Below are positions 35,410 through 46,147 of a DNA stretch of 64,000 nt, one piece after another. The stretch spans positions 3,898 through 67,897 of the forward strand of contig CAMXSN010000006.1 in assembly GCA_947246685.1 (NCBI GenBank), written 5' to 3'. A model generated the notes under the pieces. The model did no database searches. It was given only the letters and a program-made list of their open reading frames with translations, and had not been told where the DNA came from. Position 1 is the first letter of the stretch, and every line of letters starts with the position of its first letter. The stretch is from an uncultured Clostridia bacterium. Its GTDB lineage: Bacteria > Bacillota > Clostridia > Christensenellales > UBA3700. The position numbers and the translations under genes are program-made.

Positions 35410-37068
35410 ATGGAAAACAATTTAATCTCGCCCAACAAACTTTGGGCTGATTTCGACGCCGATTCGGTACATTTGAGAGCTAATTTCTTAAAATACGATA
35501 CCGACGAAAACGGAGTCGTCGATTTTGAAGTTTATCTCAGCGGTGACCAACTGGAGGACAACAGTTCTATCCTCACGTATTGCTACGGCAAAATCCCCAA
35601 AAAAGACAGCAAAAACGCAACCTTGATTTATATCAGCGGATATAAAGCCGACAATCACGAAGATATGTTCGATATGTTTATTCCCAAAGGTTACAGCGTA
35701 ATATGTTTCGACTATATGGGAAAAACCAATAAACGCAAACATACAATTTATCCTCAATCTCTGAATTTTGCAAATTACTCGGAAAGCAAAGGACATCTCA
35801 ACTGTTTTGTCAATTCGCCTAAAGATTCATGCGTGTTCGTATGGAGCAAAGTCTGCCGCAACGTAATAACGTTTGTAAAAAGACTACTGGGAAAGGACAA
35901 TAAAATTTATATGCGCTCTTCTCTCGAAGGCGGCAATATACTATGGCAAGTAGCGGGAATGGACAAGCGCGTCGACGGCATTATTGCCGCAAACAACGCC
36001 GGTTGGGAAGAAAGCAGAGGTATTTTCAGATATTCGGAAAGTCCCGACGAATATGATTTTTCCGAAGACAAAATCAAATGGATGAGCGCGTGTTCGCCTC
36101 AGGCATATGCAAAATTCGTCACATGTCCCGTGCTGTATATCTCCGGCACCAACTCTCGCATAACCAGCATCGACAGAGTGGAAAAGACGCTGTCTCTCAC
36201 ACGAAACGACGGTCAGAATCATATTTGTCTGTGCGCTAATCTTTCCAATACCGTCAACGCTTTGGCGCAAACGTCAATGACGGTATGGCTGGACAAAATC
36301 AATCAGAACAAACCGATACCTACGGCGCCGAAAACTTCATTTGAAGTCAACGACGGAAAGCTGTATGCAAAAATGGAATACGACACTTCGCAGGAAATAG
36401 ATAAGATATTTATATATCACAGCTATGACGAAATAAACAGCGAACTAAGACATTGGAACAGAAACATACTTTCGCTTGCGCATTCGGCGGTGGAAATACC
36501 CGTGCGCACGGGCGACTCGAGAATTTTTGCATTCGCTTCGGTATATTACAAAGACGGTCAGTTCTACTCTTCATTGCCGATAATGTTCGACCTCAAAAAA
36601 GCTAAAGTCATAGAAGTCGCGCCAAAACGTTCGCATATCATATTCGAAAAAAAGAACGGTCTCAACGCTTGGGTAGTTGACAACAGTTACGGCGAAAATT
36701 CCGCGCCGGAATTCAGAGCGGGAGCTTACGATATAATGGGCGTGACTTCTAAAAACGGTCATCTGTCCACATATTCGATAAGCGATAAAAATTTTCAACA
36801 TACTGATAGCAGTATATTTCAATTCGATTGCTACGCCGAAAAGGCGCGCTCTCTTACGGTGGAAATGCTTGTGGAGACCAATCTATTCGAATACGAGAAA
36901 TATCGCATAGACGTGCAGCTTAACGGCAAGGAGTGGCAGAAAATAGCGTTGTCTCACAACGATTTCAAGACTAAAGATCTCGTGCCGCTGAAAAATTGGA
37001 ACAAGGTCAAACAGCTGTCTTTCAAAAATATAGACGGCGCTCTGATAAGCAATATTATCTGGATTTGA
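35410..37068 (+). CDS. hypothetical protein, possibly alpha/beta-hydrolase-like N-domain plus beta-rich C-domain
   Basis: First ATG at 35410 (MENNLISPNKLW); the track start is a TTG. No SD visible. Functional call is weak (LIYISGY...ICFDYMGK, SSLEGGN). Confidence 0.4.
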   Translation: MENNLISPNKLWADFDADSVHLRANFLKYDTDENGVVDFEVYLSGDQLEDNSSILTYCYGKIPKKDSKNATLIYISGYKADNHEDMFDMFIPKGYSVICFDYMGKTNKRKHTIYPQSLNFANYSESKGHLNCFVNSPKDSCVFVWSKVCRNVITFVKRLLGKDNKIYMRSSLEGGNILWQVAGMDKRVDGIIAANNAGWEESRGIFRYSESPDEYDFSEDKIKWMSACSPQAYAKFVTCPVLYISGTNSRITSIDRVEKTLSLTRNDGQNHICLCANLSNTVNALAQTSMTVWLDKINQNKPIPTAPKTSFEVNDGKLYAKMEYDTSQEIDKIFIYHSYDEINSELRHWNRNILSLAHSAVEIPVRTGDSRIFAFASVYYKDGQFYSSLPIMFDLKKAKVIEVAPKRSHIIFEKKNGLNAWVVDNSYGENSAPEFRAGAYDIMGVTSKNGHLSTYSISDKNFQHTDSSIFQFDCYAEKARSLTVEMLVETNLFEYEKYRIDVQLNGKEWQKIALSHNDFKTKDLVPLKNWNKVKQLSFKNIDGALISNIIWI

Positions 37069-37071
37069 GCT

Positions 37072-37284
37072 ATGGTCAAACTGTGCGATATTAAAGAAAA
37101 CGAAACCGTTACAACAAAAAAAAATCATCCGTGCGGAAGCAATTTATGGACGGTGCTGAGTAAAGGCGCCGAGTTTAAGTTGCAATGCCGAGGCTGCGGC
37201 CGCACTATAGTAATAGCAAGCGAAACACTAAAAAAATCTATAAAGAATATAGCGGGAGCCGACAGCTCAGCGCATAAGGGCTAA
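37072..37284 (+). CDS. DUF951-family small protein
   Basis: KKNHPCGSNLWTVLSKGAEFKLQCRGCGRTI matches the conserved DUF951 HPCGS...W...G...C.GCG core. Confidence 0.8.
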   Translation: MVKLCDIKENETVTTKKNHPCGSNLWTVLSKGAEFKLQCRGCGRTIVIASETLKKSIKNIAGADSSAHKG

Positions 37285-37295
37285 TCAAGGAAAAT

Positions 37296-37865
37296 ATGCA
37301 GGAATCGGCAGATAAATACTCTTACTTGAACGAAATAAAGAAAGAGCGCAGATACAGGGTCGTCAATATATTGTTGATGTGCCTTATCGTCGCGCTTTTG
37401 GTCGCTTTGATAGTATTTTCCACTACCCTCACAACTATGCTCGTCAAAGGCGACAGCATGCAGCCCAATCTCTTAGACGGCAACAGAATACTGCTCGTCA
37501 AACATCACTTTACGCTCGACTACGGCGATATCGTGGTAATTGACAGAGGCGGTAGCGATGACGACAGATATATCGTCAAACGCGTTGTCGGCAAAAGCGG
37601 CGACGTCGTCAAATTCGACGTAGAAAAAAAACTGTGGGTCAGAAACGGCAAACCCATAACAGACGATTACTTCGACGGAGAATACAGCGACTCTTATTTA
37701 GTATCGTCGAGTATAGAGAACGAACTGAAAGGCGAAGGCTTTAAGGTGCCCGACAACGGCATTTTTGTGCTAGGCGACAATCGCAATATATCCAACGACA
37801 GCAGACAAAACGGCGCCTTCGCAATGAAAAAAGTCGTAGGCAAAGTCATTCACGTATTTAATTAA
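37296..37865 (+). CDS. lepB: signal peptidase I
   Basis: N-terminal TM. Motifs GDSMQPNL (catalytic Ser), VKRVVG (Lys) and VLGDNRNISNDSR. Confidence 0.9.
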   Translation: MQESADKYSYLNEIKKERRYRVVNILLMCLIVALLVALIVFSTTLTTMLVKGDSMQPNLLDGNRILLVKHHFTLDYGDIVVIDRGGSDDDRYIVKRVVGKSGDVVKFDVEKKLWVRNGKPITDDYFDGEYSDSYLVSSSIENELKGEGFKVPDNGIFVLGDNRNISNDSRQNGAFAMKKVVGKVIHVFN

Positions 37866-37902
37866 CAACACGGCAGAATCAGCCGATACCAAGGAGCAAT
37901 CT

Positions 37903-38193
37903 ATGAAAGCAATAGTTTCCGTTGTGGGAAAAGACAAAAAAGGCATTATTGCCAAAGTATCAACGTGCCTGTATGAAATGAATATCAATATCGAAAACAT
38001 ATCGCAGACTATTATGCAGGATTATTTTACTATGATTATGGCGGTAGATACCGCCGACTGCCCCGTCAAATTCGACGGAATCAAACAGCATCTCAACGAA
38101 TTGGGCAAACAGACGGGGGTGGAGATACACATTCAACTGCAAAGCATATTCGACAGTATGCATACTCTCGACACATCTGATAAGGAACTTTGA
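37903..38193 (+). CDS. ACT-domain protein (UPF0237 family)
   Basis: MKAIVSVVGKDKKGIIAKVS...FTMIMAVD. It shows the classic pairing with the downstream UPF0210 gene. Confidence 0.8.
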   Translation: MKAIVSVVGKDKKGIIAKVSTCLYEMNINIENISQTIMQDYFTMIMAVDTADCPVKFDGIKQHLNELGKQTGVEIHIQLQSIFDSMHTLDTSDKEL

Positions 38194-38196
38194 TAT

Positions 38197-39546
38197 ATGT
38201 ATTCTAGCAACGAAATAATAGAAACGATCAATATGATTTCCCAACAGCATTTGGACGTGAGAACGATCACGCTGGGAATTTCTCTTCTCGATTGCATAAC
38301 GGACAGCAAGAAACGCACCTGCGAAAAAATATATGACAAGATTATGTCAAAAGCAGGCAATCTCGTCAAAATCGGCAACGATATATCGAGCGAGATAGGC
38401 GTGCCTATCGTCAACAAACGTATTTCCGTAACTCCGGTAAGTCTTATATCGGCAGCAAGCAAAGGCCATCTGGAAATCATCCATACGCTCGATAAAATCG
38501 CCGACGAAACGGGAATAGATTTTCTCGGCGGATACTCTGCTCTCGTACACAAGGCCATGACGCCTTACGAAAAAGAATTTATCAGGTCTATCCCTGAGGC
38601 TCTGTCGCAGACAAACAAGATATGTTCGTCGATAAACGTGGCGACATCTAAGGCGGGAATAAATATGGACGCCGTTGCGCTGATGGGAAAAATCGTCAAA
38701 GAGTGCGCGTATATGACAAGAGATAAAGACAGCCTTGCCTGCGCAAAACTCGTGGTATTCGCCAACGCTGTCGAGGACAACCCTTTTATGGCGGGAGCAT
38801 TTCTCGGCACGGGAGAAGACGACACCGTCGTCAACGTGGGCGTATCCGGTCCCGGAGTCGTCAAGACCGCTTTGGAGAGCTGTCACGGAGATTTGACCGA
38901 AGTGGCGGAATGCATTAAACAAACCGCATTCAAAATCACCCGCGTGGGACAGTTGGTCGCAAAAGAAGCCAGCAATCGCCTCAACGCAAGTTTCGGAATT
39001 GTAGACCTGTCATTGGCGCCGACGCCCGTCGTGGGAGATTCGGTGGCTCGCATACTCGAAGAAATCGGTCTTGAAAGCGTGGGAGCATACGGCACGACCG
39101 CATGTCTCGCAATGCTCAACGACGCCGTCAAAAAAGGCGGCATAATGGCGTGCTCCAGCGTCGGCGGACTGTCCGGCGCGTTTATTCCCGTATCCGAAGA
39201 CGCAGGCATGATAAAGGCCGCTCAAATCGGCGCGCTCAATCTTGAAAAACTCGAAGCTATGACGGCCGTCTGCTCGGTGGGTCTGGATATGATAGCCATA
39301 CCCGGCGACACAACTGCCGAAGTGATTTCCGGCATCATCGCCGACGAAATAGCTATCGGCGTGGTCAATACCAAAACCACGGCAGTCAGAGTTATTCCCG
39401 TATACGGCAAAAAAGCGGGAGAATACGCAGAATTCGGCGGGCTCCTCGGACGCGCTCCGATAATGAATATCAACAAGTATTCCCCTGCGAAATTTATCAA
39501 CCGCGGAGGCAGAATCCCCGCTCCTCTGCATAGCAACAAGAACTGA
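38197..39546 (+). CDS. UPF0210/DUF711 (PFL-like) family protein
   Basis: 449 aa. The conserved N-terminus [22 protein letters not shown] and its position after the ACT gene are typical of the family. Confidence 0.8.
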   Translation: MYSSNEIIETINMISQQHLDVRTITLGISLLDCITDSKKRTCEKIYDKIMSKAGNLVKIGNDISSEIGVPIVNKRISVTPVSLISAASKGHLEIIHTLDKIADETGIDFLGGYSALVHKAMTPYEKEFIRSIPEALSQTNKICSSINVATSKAGINMDAVALMGKIVKECAYMTRDKDSLACAKLVVFANAVEDNPFMAGAFLGTGEDDTVVNVGVSGPGVVKTALESCHGDLTEVAECIKQTAFKITRVGQLVAKEASNRLNASFGIVDLSLAPTPVVGDSVARILEEIGLESVGAYGTTACLAMLNDAVKKGGIMACSSVGGLSGAFIPVSEDAGMIKAAQIGALNLEKLEAMTAVCSVGLDMIAIPGDTTAEVISGIIADEIAIGVVNTKTTAVRVIPVYGKKAGEYAEFGGLLGRAPIMNINKYSPAKFINRGGRIPAPLHSNKN

Positions 39547-39547
39547 T

Positions 39548-40270
39548 ATGAACATAGAAGGAAAAAATGCGGTAAAAGAAGCGCTTGATTCTCAAGTCAA
39601 TATTACAAAACTTTGCATTGCCAAAAACGCGCGCGATCTCCAACCTATCATAGATACGGCGCGGCGCAAAGGTATACGCATTGATTTTGCGGAAAAAGCA
39701 TATCTTGACAGAATAAGTCAAAGCGGAAGACATCAGGGAATAATAGCCCTCGCCGAAGATTTCGCTTACTGCGAAGTCGACGATATATTGCAATATGCAA
39801 AATCAAAAAATCAAAAACTCTTTATGCTTATCCTCGACGGCATAGAAGACCCGCATAATCTCGGCAGCATAATTCGAGTTGCGGAATGCGCAGGCGCGCA
39901 CGGAATAGTCATTCCCTCAAGACGCAGCGCATCGGTCAACGCAACGGTGCTCCGCACGTCCGCAGGCGCCGCCAATCATATGCTAATAGCAAGCGTGAAC
40001 AACGTCAACGACGTGATAAGACGTCTCAGTGAGAACTTCGTCAACGTGTTTTGCGCGGATATGGAAGGCAAAAATCTCTACGATACGCGTCTCGACGGCG
40101 ACTGCGCATTCGTAATAGGCAACGAAGGACACGGAGTGAAAAGACTTACCGCGCAACTATGCGGCGGCGTGATATCCATTCCCCAATTCGGCAAAGTCAA
40201 TTCTCTCAACGCATCGGTTGCATGCGGTATAATATGCTATGAGACCGTTAGACAGCGAACTAAAAGGTAA
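39548..40270 (+). CDS. rlmB: SpoU/TrmH-family 23S rRNA 2'-O-methyltransferase (RlmB-like)
   Basis: 240 aa. Motifs HQGIIA, LDGIEDPHNLGSIIR, VIGNEGHGV and SLNASVACGI. Confidence 0.85.
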   Translation: MNIEGKNAVKEALDSQVNITKLCIAKNARDLQPIIDTARRKGIRIDFAEKAYLDRISQSGRHQGIIALAEDFAYCEVDDILQYAKSKNQKLFMLILDGIEDPHNLGSIIRVAECAGAHGIVIPSRRSASVNATVLRTSAGAANHMLIASVNNVNDVIRRLSENFVNVFCADMEGKNLYDTRLDGDCAFVIGNEGHGVKRLTAQLCGGVISIPQFGKVNSLNASVACGIICYETVRQRTKR

Positions 40271-40290
40271 GCTAAACAATCGGCGCTGCA

Positions 40291-40316
40291 AATCGGCTTA
40301 AAAGCCGATTTTTTCT
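40291..40316 (+). terminator. rho-independent terminator after rlmB
   Basis: atcggc-ttaaaa-gccgat hairpin followed by TTTTTT. Confidence 0.6.
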
Positions 40317-40363
40317 ATGTTTTAATTAACGTAAAATATATCGTTTATGGACCGTATAAAGGT

Positions 40364-40392
40364 TTGACTTTTTATCGATTTGACACTAGAAT
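40364..40392 (+). promoter_or_regulatory. candidate sigma-A promoter of pnuC
   Basis: TTGACT - 17 nt - TAGAAT. Additional TTGACAC copies flank it. Confidence 0.4.
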
Positions 40393-40455
40393 ATATTGGT
40401 TGACACTCAACGCGCGCTCAAATCACGGTAGCGCCGATAAGGAAAATACTTTGAT

Positions 40456-41187
40456 ATGATCAAAAAAATATTCGGAAAATGGAATATAGTCGAGCTAGCT
40501 CTCTATATAGCAGGACTTGCGCTGATAATCGTAATGTCAGCGTGTTTCGGCGCGTCTTGGACGTCCGCATTAGCAGGGATATTCGGACTTTCTTGCGTTT
40601 TGTTCTCAGCAAAGGGGAAAATAATAAGCATATTCTTCACTTGGATAATGATAGTTTTTTACAGTCTGCTGTCATATAAAAACAAATACTACGGCGAGGT
40701 GTTCATTAATATATTTATGATGTTTCCTATGACCGTTGTGCAACTTGCGGCATGGCTGAAAAATCTCGGAAAGGATTACGTCGTCAAAGTCAATTCAATC
40801 AAAAAAACCGAAATAATCATCGTATTTGCCGTTGCCGCAGCCGCGTTCGTCGCTTTCTATTTTATACTCCGCGCGCTCAATACGTCTCAATTGATATTCA
40901 GCACCGTATCCATAGTAACCAGCGTGCTGGCGACGTATTTTCATTCGAGAAGAAGCAGATACGGCTTTCTGGCGTTTCTGGTCAACGACGCCGTGCTTTG
41001 CGTGCTTTGGTTGCTCGCCACTCTGCAAGACGTCAAAAATATCGCAATGCTCACAGCGGTATCTCTATACGTGATAAGCGATATATACGGATTTATCAGT
41101 TGGGGAATACTGCAAAAGCGTCAACAAAAAGAAGCCGCCCCGCGCATAATAAAGCGAGAGGCGGAGAATACAGATTTGCAAGCTTAA
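40456..41187 (+). CDS. pnuC: nicotinamide riboside transporter PnuC-like
   Basis: 243 aa with ~7 TM helices and a Trp/aromatic-rich pattern like PnuC (SAKGKIISIFFTW...YGEVFIN...AAWLKN). Confidence 0.6.
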   Translation: MIKKIFGKWNIVELALYIAGLALIIVMSACFGASWTSALAGIFGLSCVLFSAKGKIISIFFTWIMIVFYSLLSYKNKYYGEVFINIFMMFPMTVVQLAAWLKNLGKDYVVKVNSIKKTEIIIVFAVAAAAFVAFYFILRALNTSQLIFSTVSIVTSVLATYFHSRRSRYGFLAFLVNDAVLCVLWLLATLQDVKNIAMLTAVSLYVISDIYGFISWGILQKRQQKEAAPRIIKREAENTDLQA

Positions 41188-41193
41188 CGACTT

Positions 41194-41757
41194 CTATCTG
41201 TCGATATTCAATTCGGCTCTTAATTTTCTTCGTATTTTCTGCAGGGTATTGTCAACGCTCTTGGTATTTTTGCCTATAGCGTCGGCTATTTCCGCATAAG
41301 AACAACCGTCGTAATACATATCGAGAACAACACTCTCCTCTTCGCTCAGTTTTTCTTCGAGAAAGCTCCTAATCCTGCCCGTCTCTTCGGTATTTATAGC
41401 TATTTCTTCGGCGGATAATCCAGTAACCAAACTGTCGTCCAGCACGCTCATAGACACACTGTCGGTAAGCGCTTTGTGCTTGAGTCTGTTGCCGCTTCTC
41501 ACGCAGTCGAGAATCCTGTGTCTTATGCAACCGATAGCGTAAGTGGAAAAAGTAATTCCGCTGTCAATATCGTAGGTGACGATTGCATTGTAGAGCGCTA
41601 TCATACCTTCCTGCACCACGTCGTCCCTGTCGGCGCCCTTAACGTAAAACGCGCGCGCCAATTTATTGACCGCGCTTTTGTAATTTGCCATAAGGACTTC
41701 TGCCGCGCTTTTTTCTCCGCCGCGGAATTTGAGGATTAAGGCAATATCGTCGTTCAT
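41194..41757 (-). CDS. sigH: sigma-70 family sigma factor, SigH-like
   Basis: GADRDDVVQEGMIALY (region 2) and YYDGCSYAEIADAIGKNTKSVDNTLQKIRRKL (region 4) closely parallel Bacillus SigH. The rlmB / Mini-III neighbourhood is conserved. Confidence 0.75.
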   Translation of the reverse strand: MNDDIALILKFRGGEKSAAEVLMANYKSAVNKLARAFYVKGADRDDVVQEGMIALYNAIVTYDIDSGITFSTYAIGCIRHRILDCVRSGNRLKHKALTDSVSMSVLDDSLVTGLSAEEIAINTEETGRIRSFLEEKLSEEESVVLDMYYDGCSYAEIADAIGKNTKSVDNTLQKIRRKLRAELNIDR

Positions 41758-42506
41758 TTATTGTTCAACCGCTCCACCAAAGCCTTTTGTCTTGCTCTGA
41801 CTTCCGCCATCTTACCGCAAGTCATCTTGCCTTCCGTACACGCTCCGCCAACGCACGACGCTCCGCAATTACCGAAAATGCTTGGAGCGACTTGAAGAAC
41901 CAATTCAAGCATTTGCCACGCAACGTCCCTTATCTCCCATTGCGCGCGATTGCAGCATCTCAGATTAAAAAAGTTCATGAGCGAACGGGCGTTCATAGTC
42001 ACGATCATCTTGGTCTCTGCCGCGTTGGGCAGGACGAAACGCGCGTCCTCGTTGGATTTTTCGCACGCGCCCCCGAGCAAACTCTGCCATTCGCTGTACC
42101 ATTGGTGCATTATAGCCATTTGCTCTTGGAATTTTGCCGTATATTCTTCGCCGAGCGCCTGAATCGACTCGGGAATAACATAGTTGAAAGTACCTTGGTT
42201 TTTATTTGCGGCAACGTATCTTTGCGACTTGACGCTGAAAGAGGCTATTCTGTGCCTTGTGATTTGCGCAAGCAGACTGCGCGATACTCCCTCTATACCA
42301 AACGTAAAACTCGCGTGCTCGAAGGGAGAAGCATGTCCGAAAGATCTAAGCCTTTCTATAAACTTATTGACGTCGCTTTTGTCAAGTCCCTCCTGCAAAT
42401 TCTCGATAGTGGCGTCGGAATAACACAATTTAGCCGCCAAAGCCACCGTCCTTTCGGGATTGGGCGTGTATTCAAGGAGCGTAACGCTCGGTTTTACCTG
42501 TGGCAT
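41754..42506 (-). CDS. thyX: FAD-dependent thymidylate synthase
   Basis: Start ATG 42506 after GGAGGAAAAGAG. ThyX signature RHRIASFSVKSQRY. Confidence 0.9.
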   Translation of the reverse strand: MPQVKPSVTLLEYTPNPERTVALAAKLCYSDATIENLQEGLDKSDVNKFIERLRSFGHASPFEHASFTFGIEGVSRSLLAQITRHRIASFSVKSQRYVAANKNQGTFNYVIPESIQALGEEYTAKFQEQMAIMHQWYSEWQSLLGGACEKSNEDARFVLPNAAETKMIVTMNARSLMNFFNLRCCNRAQWEIRDVAWQMLELVLQVAPSIFGNCGASCVGGACTEGKMTCGKMAEVRARQKALVERLNNK

Positions 42507-42728
42507 CTCTTTTCCTCCGTGAGATATATTCAAGGTATATTCTACTTCAATAAAGCGCATTTGTCAATCTTTTGGGCAAGCAGCGCGCGCTCGGGAATAA
42601 GAATGTCTGCGCCGAAATATCGGGATTGAAAAACTTTCAAATTAAATCGACGTTTCAATCGAGTGCAATTCGATTAAAAAATAAAACGGCGGCATTCCGA
42701 AGAATAACCGCCGCGTAAAGACGTAGCG

Positions 42729-43127
42729 TCAATTATCATTCAACAAAAAACTCAACCTTTCGTTTTGCCCCGTAAGATAGAGATATCCGATTAACGCCTC
42801 AAAACCCGTTGCCATCCTGTAATCAATCACGCTGGCGTTCTTTGCCATAGAATGGGTATGCGCATTTCTTGCCCGACGGAAGACGTCGCTTTCTTCCTCG
42901 CTAAGCAAGCGCTCTATCTGCTGAATACGAGCTGCCTGCGCGGACGCCTTAACCTGCGACGTGACCGCCTTATGTAATTTATCAGCCTTGCCGCAAGTGC
43001 CTGCAAGCGCTTTGAGCCTAACGTAAAGAGTATGCACTCCGTCGCCGATATAGGCAAGCACGAGAGGGTTGAGCTCTCGCGCCTGTTTTACAGTAATCGG
43101 TTGATCGTTCAACGGCAAAAAATCCAT
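42729..43127 (-). CDS. mrnC: Mini-ribonuclease III
   Basis: 132 aa. LAYIGDGVHTLYVR (RNase III signature) and FRRARNAH. Confidence 0.85.
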   Translation of the reverse strand: MDFLPLNDQPITVKQARELNPLVLAYIGDGVHTLYVRLKALAGTCGKADKLHKAVTSQVKASAQAARIQQIERLLSEEESDVFRRARNAHTHSMAKNASVIDYRMATGFEALIGYLYLTGQNERLSFLLNDN

Positions 43128-43136
43128 AGTCAGAAT

Positions 43137-43814
43137 TTAAGCCTTCTTCTTTTTCGCGGTCTTGTCGGCAACGAAATAATCAAAAAGCAATTCGTCGCTG
43201 TAAGTCTGCGATCCCGTTGCTTTGAGAGTACACTCCTGAATATACTGGTAACTGCTCTTCTCCATAATCCTGATTATCTCGAAAGCCTCGTCCATATCTT
43301 TACCGGCGCAGAATACGCCGTGATTTGCCATAAAGCAAGCGTTGCGTCCTTGCATAGCCTCGACGGTGCCTTTTTTGAGTTTTTTAGTGCCGGGCAATCC
43401 GTATGCGCCTACTCTGCAAGCGCCTCCGACGAGTCTTTGCATCTCATCGTTCATGACAGGCAATTCGATTCTCGCCGACGCCAATATAGAACAGAAAATC
43501 GGATGCGAGTGTATCGTCGCGTTTATCTCCGGTCTCGCCTGCATGATAGCGGCGTGGATCTTTCTCTCGCTGGTCGGCTTCTTACCGTCATTCCATACCG
43601 ACGGATCGCTTATCTGCACAACCGGCATATCTTCGGGCGTGAGCGCAATATAGTCCAATCCCGTGGGCGTAACCAGCATATGATCTTCGTCGAGTCTCGC
43701 CGCGGTATTGCCCCACGTGCCCTGCACAAGGTTTTCTGCCAAAAGCGCAACTCCGCTGTCTTTAATAACCTGTCTCAATCTCAGTTCCGTTTCTTTATCC
43801 CATGCCATAATCAC
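43137..43814 (-). CDS. class II aldolase/adducin-family protein (FucA-like, metal ligands intact)
   Basis: 225 aa. TIHSHPIF His motif and NHGVFCAGKDMDEAF. Confidence 0.8.
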   Translation of the reverse strand: MIMAWDKETELRLRQVIKDSGVALLAENLVQGTWGNTAARLDEDHMLVTPTGLDYIALTPEDMPVVQISDPSVWNDGKKPTSERKIHAAIMQARPEINATIHSHPIFCSILASARIELPVMNDEMQRLVGGACRVGAYGLPGTKKLKKGTVEAMQGRNACFMANHGVFCAGKDMDEAFEIIRIMEKSSYQYIQECTLKATGSQTYSDELLFDYFVADKTAKKKKA

Positions 43815-44479
43815 ACCTCGCCTTCTTCCTTGACGGAAGTCTCTTCTTTGATTTGTTCTCCCTCTTCCTTAGCGGAAAGGTTTTCTTGATTCTTTTTGCT
43901 GTATTTAGTCTTGTAGATAAATCTCATAAGTCTTGCTTCAAGTCCGTTAATAACCTTATTTGCTCCTATAACGCTGCTAGCGACAAAACAGTGACTTGCT
44001 TTGTCGAGCACCAATACGCAAGTATAAGCCTCGTCCATCGTGCGTCCCGAAGTGATACAGCCCTTGTCTTTTACCAGACAGGAATTTCTGCCCTTCAACG
44101 TCTTGATGATGCTTGCCACGTCGTCTGCTGACGTCTTGCACGTCGGTCCGACTATCTGAGCCATATCGTCGAGCACTGCGGGTATAGTCACTCCCGCCTT
44201 AGCCACGGGCGTCACCCACTTGGGATAGCACTGACAAATAGCGTTGATATCTTCTCTCTCTTTGTAGATTTCCGCGTGAACTTTGTATTCTTCGTCGACC
44301 TTGAATATCGTCGTCTTGAAAATATCGTTTTCCGTAAGATCGGCAAGTTTTACGCCCGCCTTGGTTATATACATAAAATTGATCTCCGATCTCATGCTCA
44401 GCATATCGCTTTCGCCGACTACGCCCTCCGCCACGAGTTTTGCGGCATAATCCAATATAGTCTGTACAATCTTGTCCAT
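43811..44479 (-). CDS. class II aldolase/adducin-like protein with degenerate metal site
   Basis: 222 aa with the same fold pattern (KDKGCITSGRTMDEAY), but the HxH position reads CQCYP. TAATG overlap with the kinase stop. Confidence 0.65.
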   Translation of the reverse strand: MDKIVQTILDYAAKLVAEGVVGESDMLSMRSEINFMYITKAGVKLADLTENDIFKTTIFKVDEEYKVHAEIYKEREDINAICQCYPKWVTPVAKAGVTIPAVLDDMAQIVGPTCKTSADDVASIIKTLKGRNSCLVKDKGCITSGRTMDEAYTCVLVLDKASHCFVASSVIGANKVINGLEARLMRFIYKTKYSKKNQENLSAKEEGEQIKEETSVKEEGEV

Positions 44480-46011
44480 TATTCTTCTCCTTCAAATCTT
44501 TTTGAGTTTGCCTGTCTATAAGTCTTTTCCAGACTGTAATATATCTGTTTGTAGCTCTTGAAAAGCTCGTCGTAGATATACTTGTTTTTGGGGTTGGGTC
44601 TGTAAGTTTTGCTCTCTATTACGAAATTCTTAGCTTCGGCAAAACTTTTGAGTTCTCCAAGTCCTATCAACGCTATAATCGCCGCGCCCAAAGCGCCCGC
44701 GTTGCGCGGATTCTGCACTATAGCGAACTCGCTGCCCGTTATGTCAGCTATTATCTGCATCCACGCGTCGTCCAACGCGCCTCCGCCGATAATTCTGAAC
44801 TGTCTGCAATGGAATTTGTAATCCTTGCGGAAATTCTCCAAAATCCATCTGAGATTGTATCCTATACCCTCGTACAGCGCCTTCATTATATGTTCTCTGG
44901 TGTGGCTGGGAGTAACGTTCCACAGCGTAGCTCTCGTCGTTGTGGACGACACGGGACATCTTTCGCCCAACATCCAAGGAGTGCAGATCAAATGATCCGA
45001 ACCCGCAGGAATGGACTCTATGACTTTATCCATATACGCGTAGATACCGTCGCCGAGCTCTTTTTGTTCCGCAGAGAAAAACTGATCGCATATCCACTGG
45101 ATATTGCTTCCCGCGGCTTCCGTTATTCCGCAGATAAGATTCATTTGAGGATCTGCCGACTGTATAGCAGCCGCGCCGTGCTTGAACTTGGTCTTGGTTT
45201 TGCTCGACGCCGCCACCCAAGCAGACGTGCCCAAATAAATATGTATTTCGCCGTCGCCGTTCATTCCGCTTCCTATAGCCGCCGCCTGCGTGTCGTCGCA
45301 TCCGCCGAATACCGCCGTGCCTTCGCGAAGTCCCATCTTTATCGCCGCATCTTTGGTAAGTCCGTTGCCTATCTTATCCGTGCTCTTGACAAGCGGAGGA
45401 AGTTTTTTCATATCTATACCGATAAGTTTAAGCGCGCTCATCCAAGTCTTTTTCTTCAAGTCGAGACCGTAGCTCGAAGCGCCCGAAAGCTCGGCAACCA
45501 TTTCCCCTGTACACTTGAATTTCAAAAATCCGTTGACGTCCAAAAAGTATTTGGTGTTGTTGTAGACGTCGGGACGCTCCTCTTTGAGCCATTGAATTTT
45601 TGACACAACGTCTTTGCCCATAATCGGCGTGCCCGATACCAAAGTGAATATTCTTTTGCCGCCGACTTTTTTCATCAGCGTCTGAGCCTGCTTTTCCGCT
45701 CTGCCGTCAACCCAAGTAATATTGGGATGCAATACTCTGCCGCTCGCGTCGACGGGTATGATACCCATGGCCTGGGTGGAGAAAACGACTCCTTCTACGT
45801 CTGCCGCGTCAATGCCCGTTTCTTCGACAATCGTCTTGGATGCAAGGCACACTGCTTCCCAATACTCGTCCGGGTCCTGCTCTACGAAAGCGGGCGCGGG
45901 ATAATAAGTGGGATAAGGCACAGCCTTGGACGCTATTATGTTGCCGTTGAAATCTATGAGCACGGCCTTATCCGAACTTGTACCCATATCGTGCGCCATT
46001 ATGTACTTCAT
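44479..46011 (-). CDS. FGGY-family carbohydrate kinase
   Basis: Start MKYIMAHDMGTSSDKAV after GAGGTAAAT. FGGY N- and C-domain motifs (GCDDTQAAAIG, IIGGGALDD). Confidence 0.85.
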   Translation of the reverse strand: MKYIMAHDMGTSSDKAVLIDFNGNIIASKAVPYPTYYPAPAFVEQDPDEYWEAVCLASKTIVEETGIDAADVEGVVFSTQAMGIIPVDASGRVLHPNITWVDGRAEKQAQTLMKKVGGKRIFTLVSGTPIMGKDVVSKIQWLKEERPDVYNNTKYFLDVNGFLKFKCTGEMVAELSGASSYGLDLKKKTWMSALKLIGIDMKKLPPLVKSTDKIGNGLTKDAAIKMGLREGTAVFGGCDDTQAAAIGSGMNGDGEIHIYLGTSAWVAASSKTKTKFKHGAAAIQSADPQMNLICGITEAAGSNIQWICDQFFSAEQKELGDGIYAYMDKVIESIPAGSDHLICTPWMLGERCPVSSTTTRATLWNVTPSHTREHIMKALYEGIGYNLRWILENFRKDYKFHCRQFRIIGGGALDDAWMQIIADITGSEFAIVQNPRNAGALGAAIIALIGLGELKSFAEAKNFVIESKTYRPNPKNKYIYDELFKSYKQIYYSLEKTYRQANSKRFEGEE

Positions 46012-46147
46012 ATTTACCTCGTTATTATGTAAAAACTTTGTTATACAGAGCAAGGTTTATTCGATTTGCGCCTGCGACGCAATCGGATAAACCCTCTCTT
46101 TACCGCAAAAAGGACGAGCCCTCGGACTCATCCTGTGCAATTATTTC

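Noticed and set aside
38133-39555. Several 100-190-aa minus-strand ORFs
   Set aside because: All are antisense to the UPF0210 gene, which forms the conserved ACT-UPF0210 pair on the plus strand.
40317-40455. Possible riboswitch or NiaR/NrtR site upstream of pnuC (three TTGAC(A/T) copies)
   Set aside because: The leader is only ~60 nt and shows no conserved riboswitch structure that I recognise. The TTGAC repeats are adequately explained as overlapping -35-like hexamers.
41787-42629. 280-aa plus-strand ORF
   Set aside because: It is antisense to thyX, which carries the RHR...S..S.R signature. It is a shadow ORF.
43032-43889. 285-aa plus-strand ORF
   Set aside because: It is antisense to the class II aldolase and mrnC genes and has no recognisable motifs.
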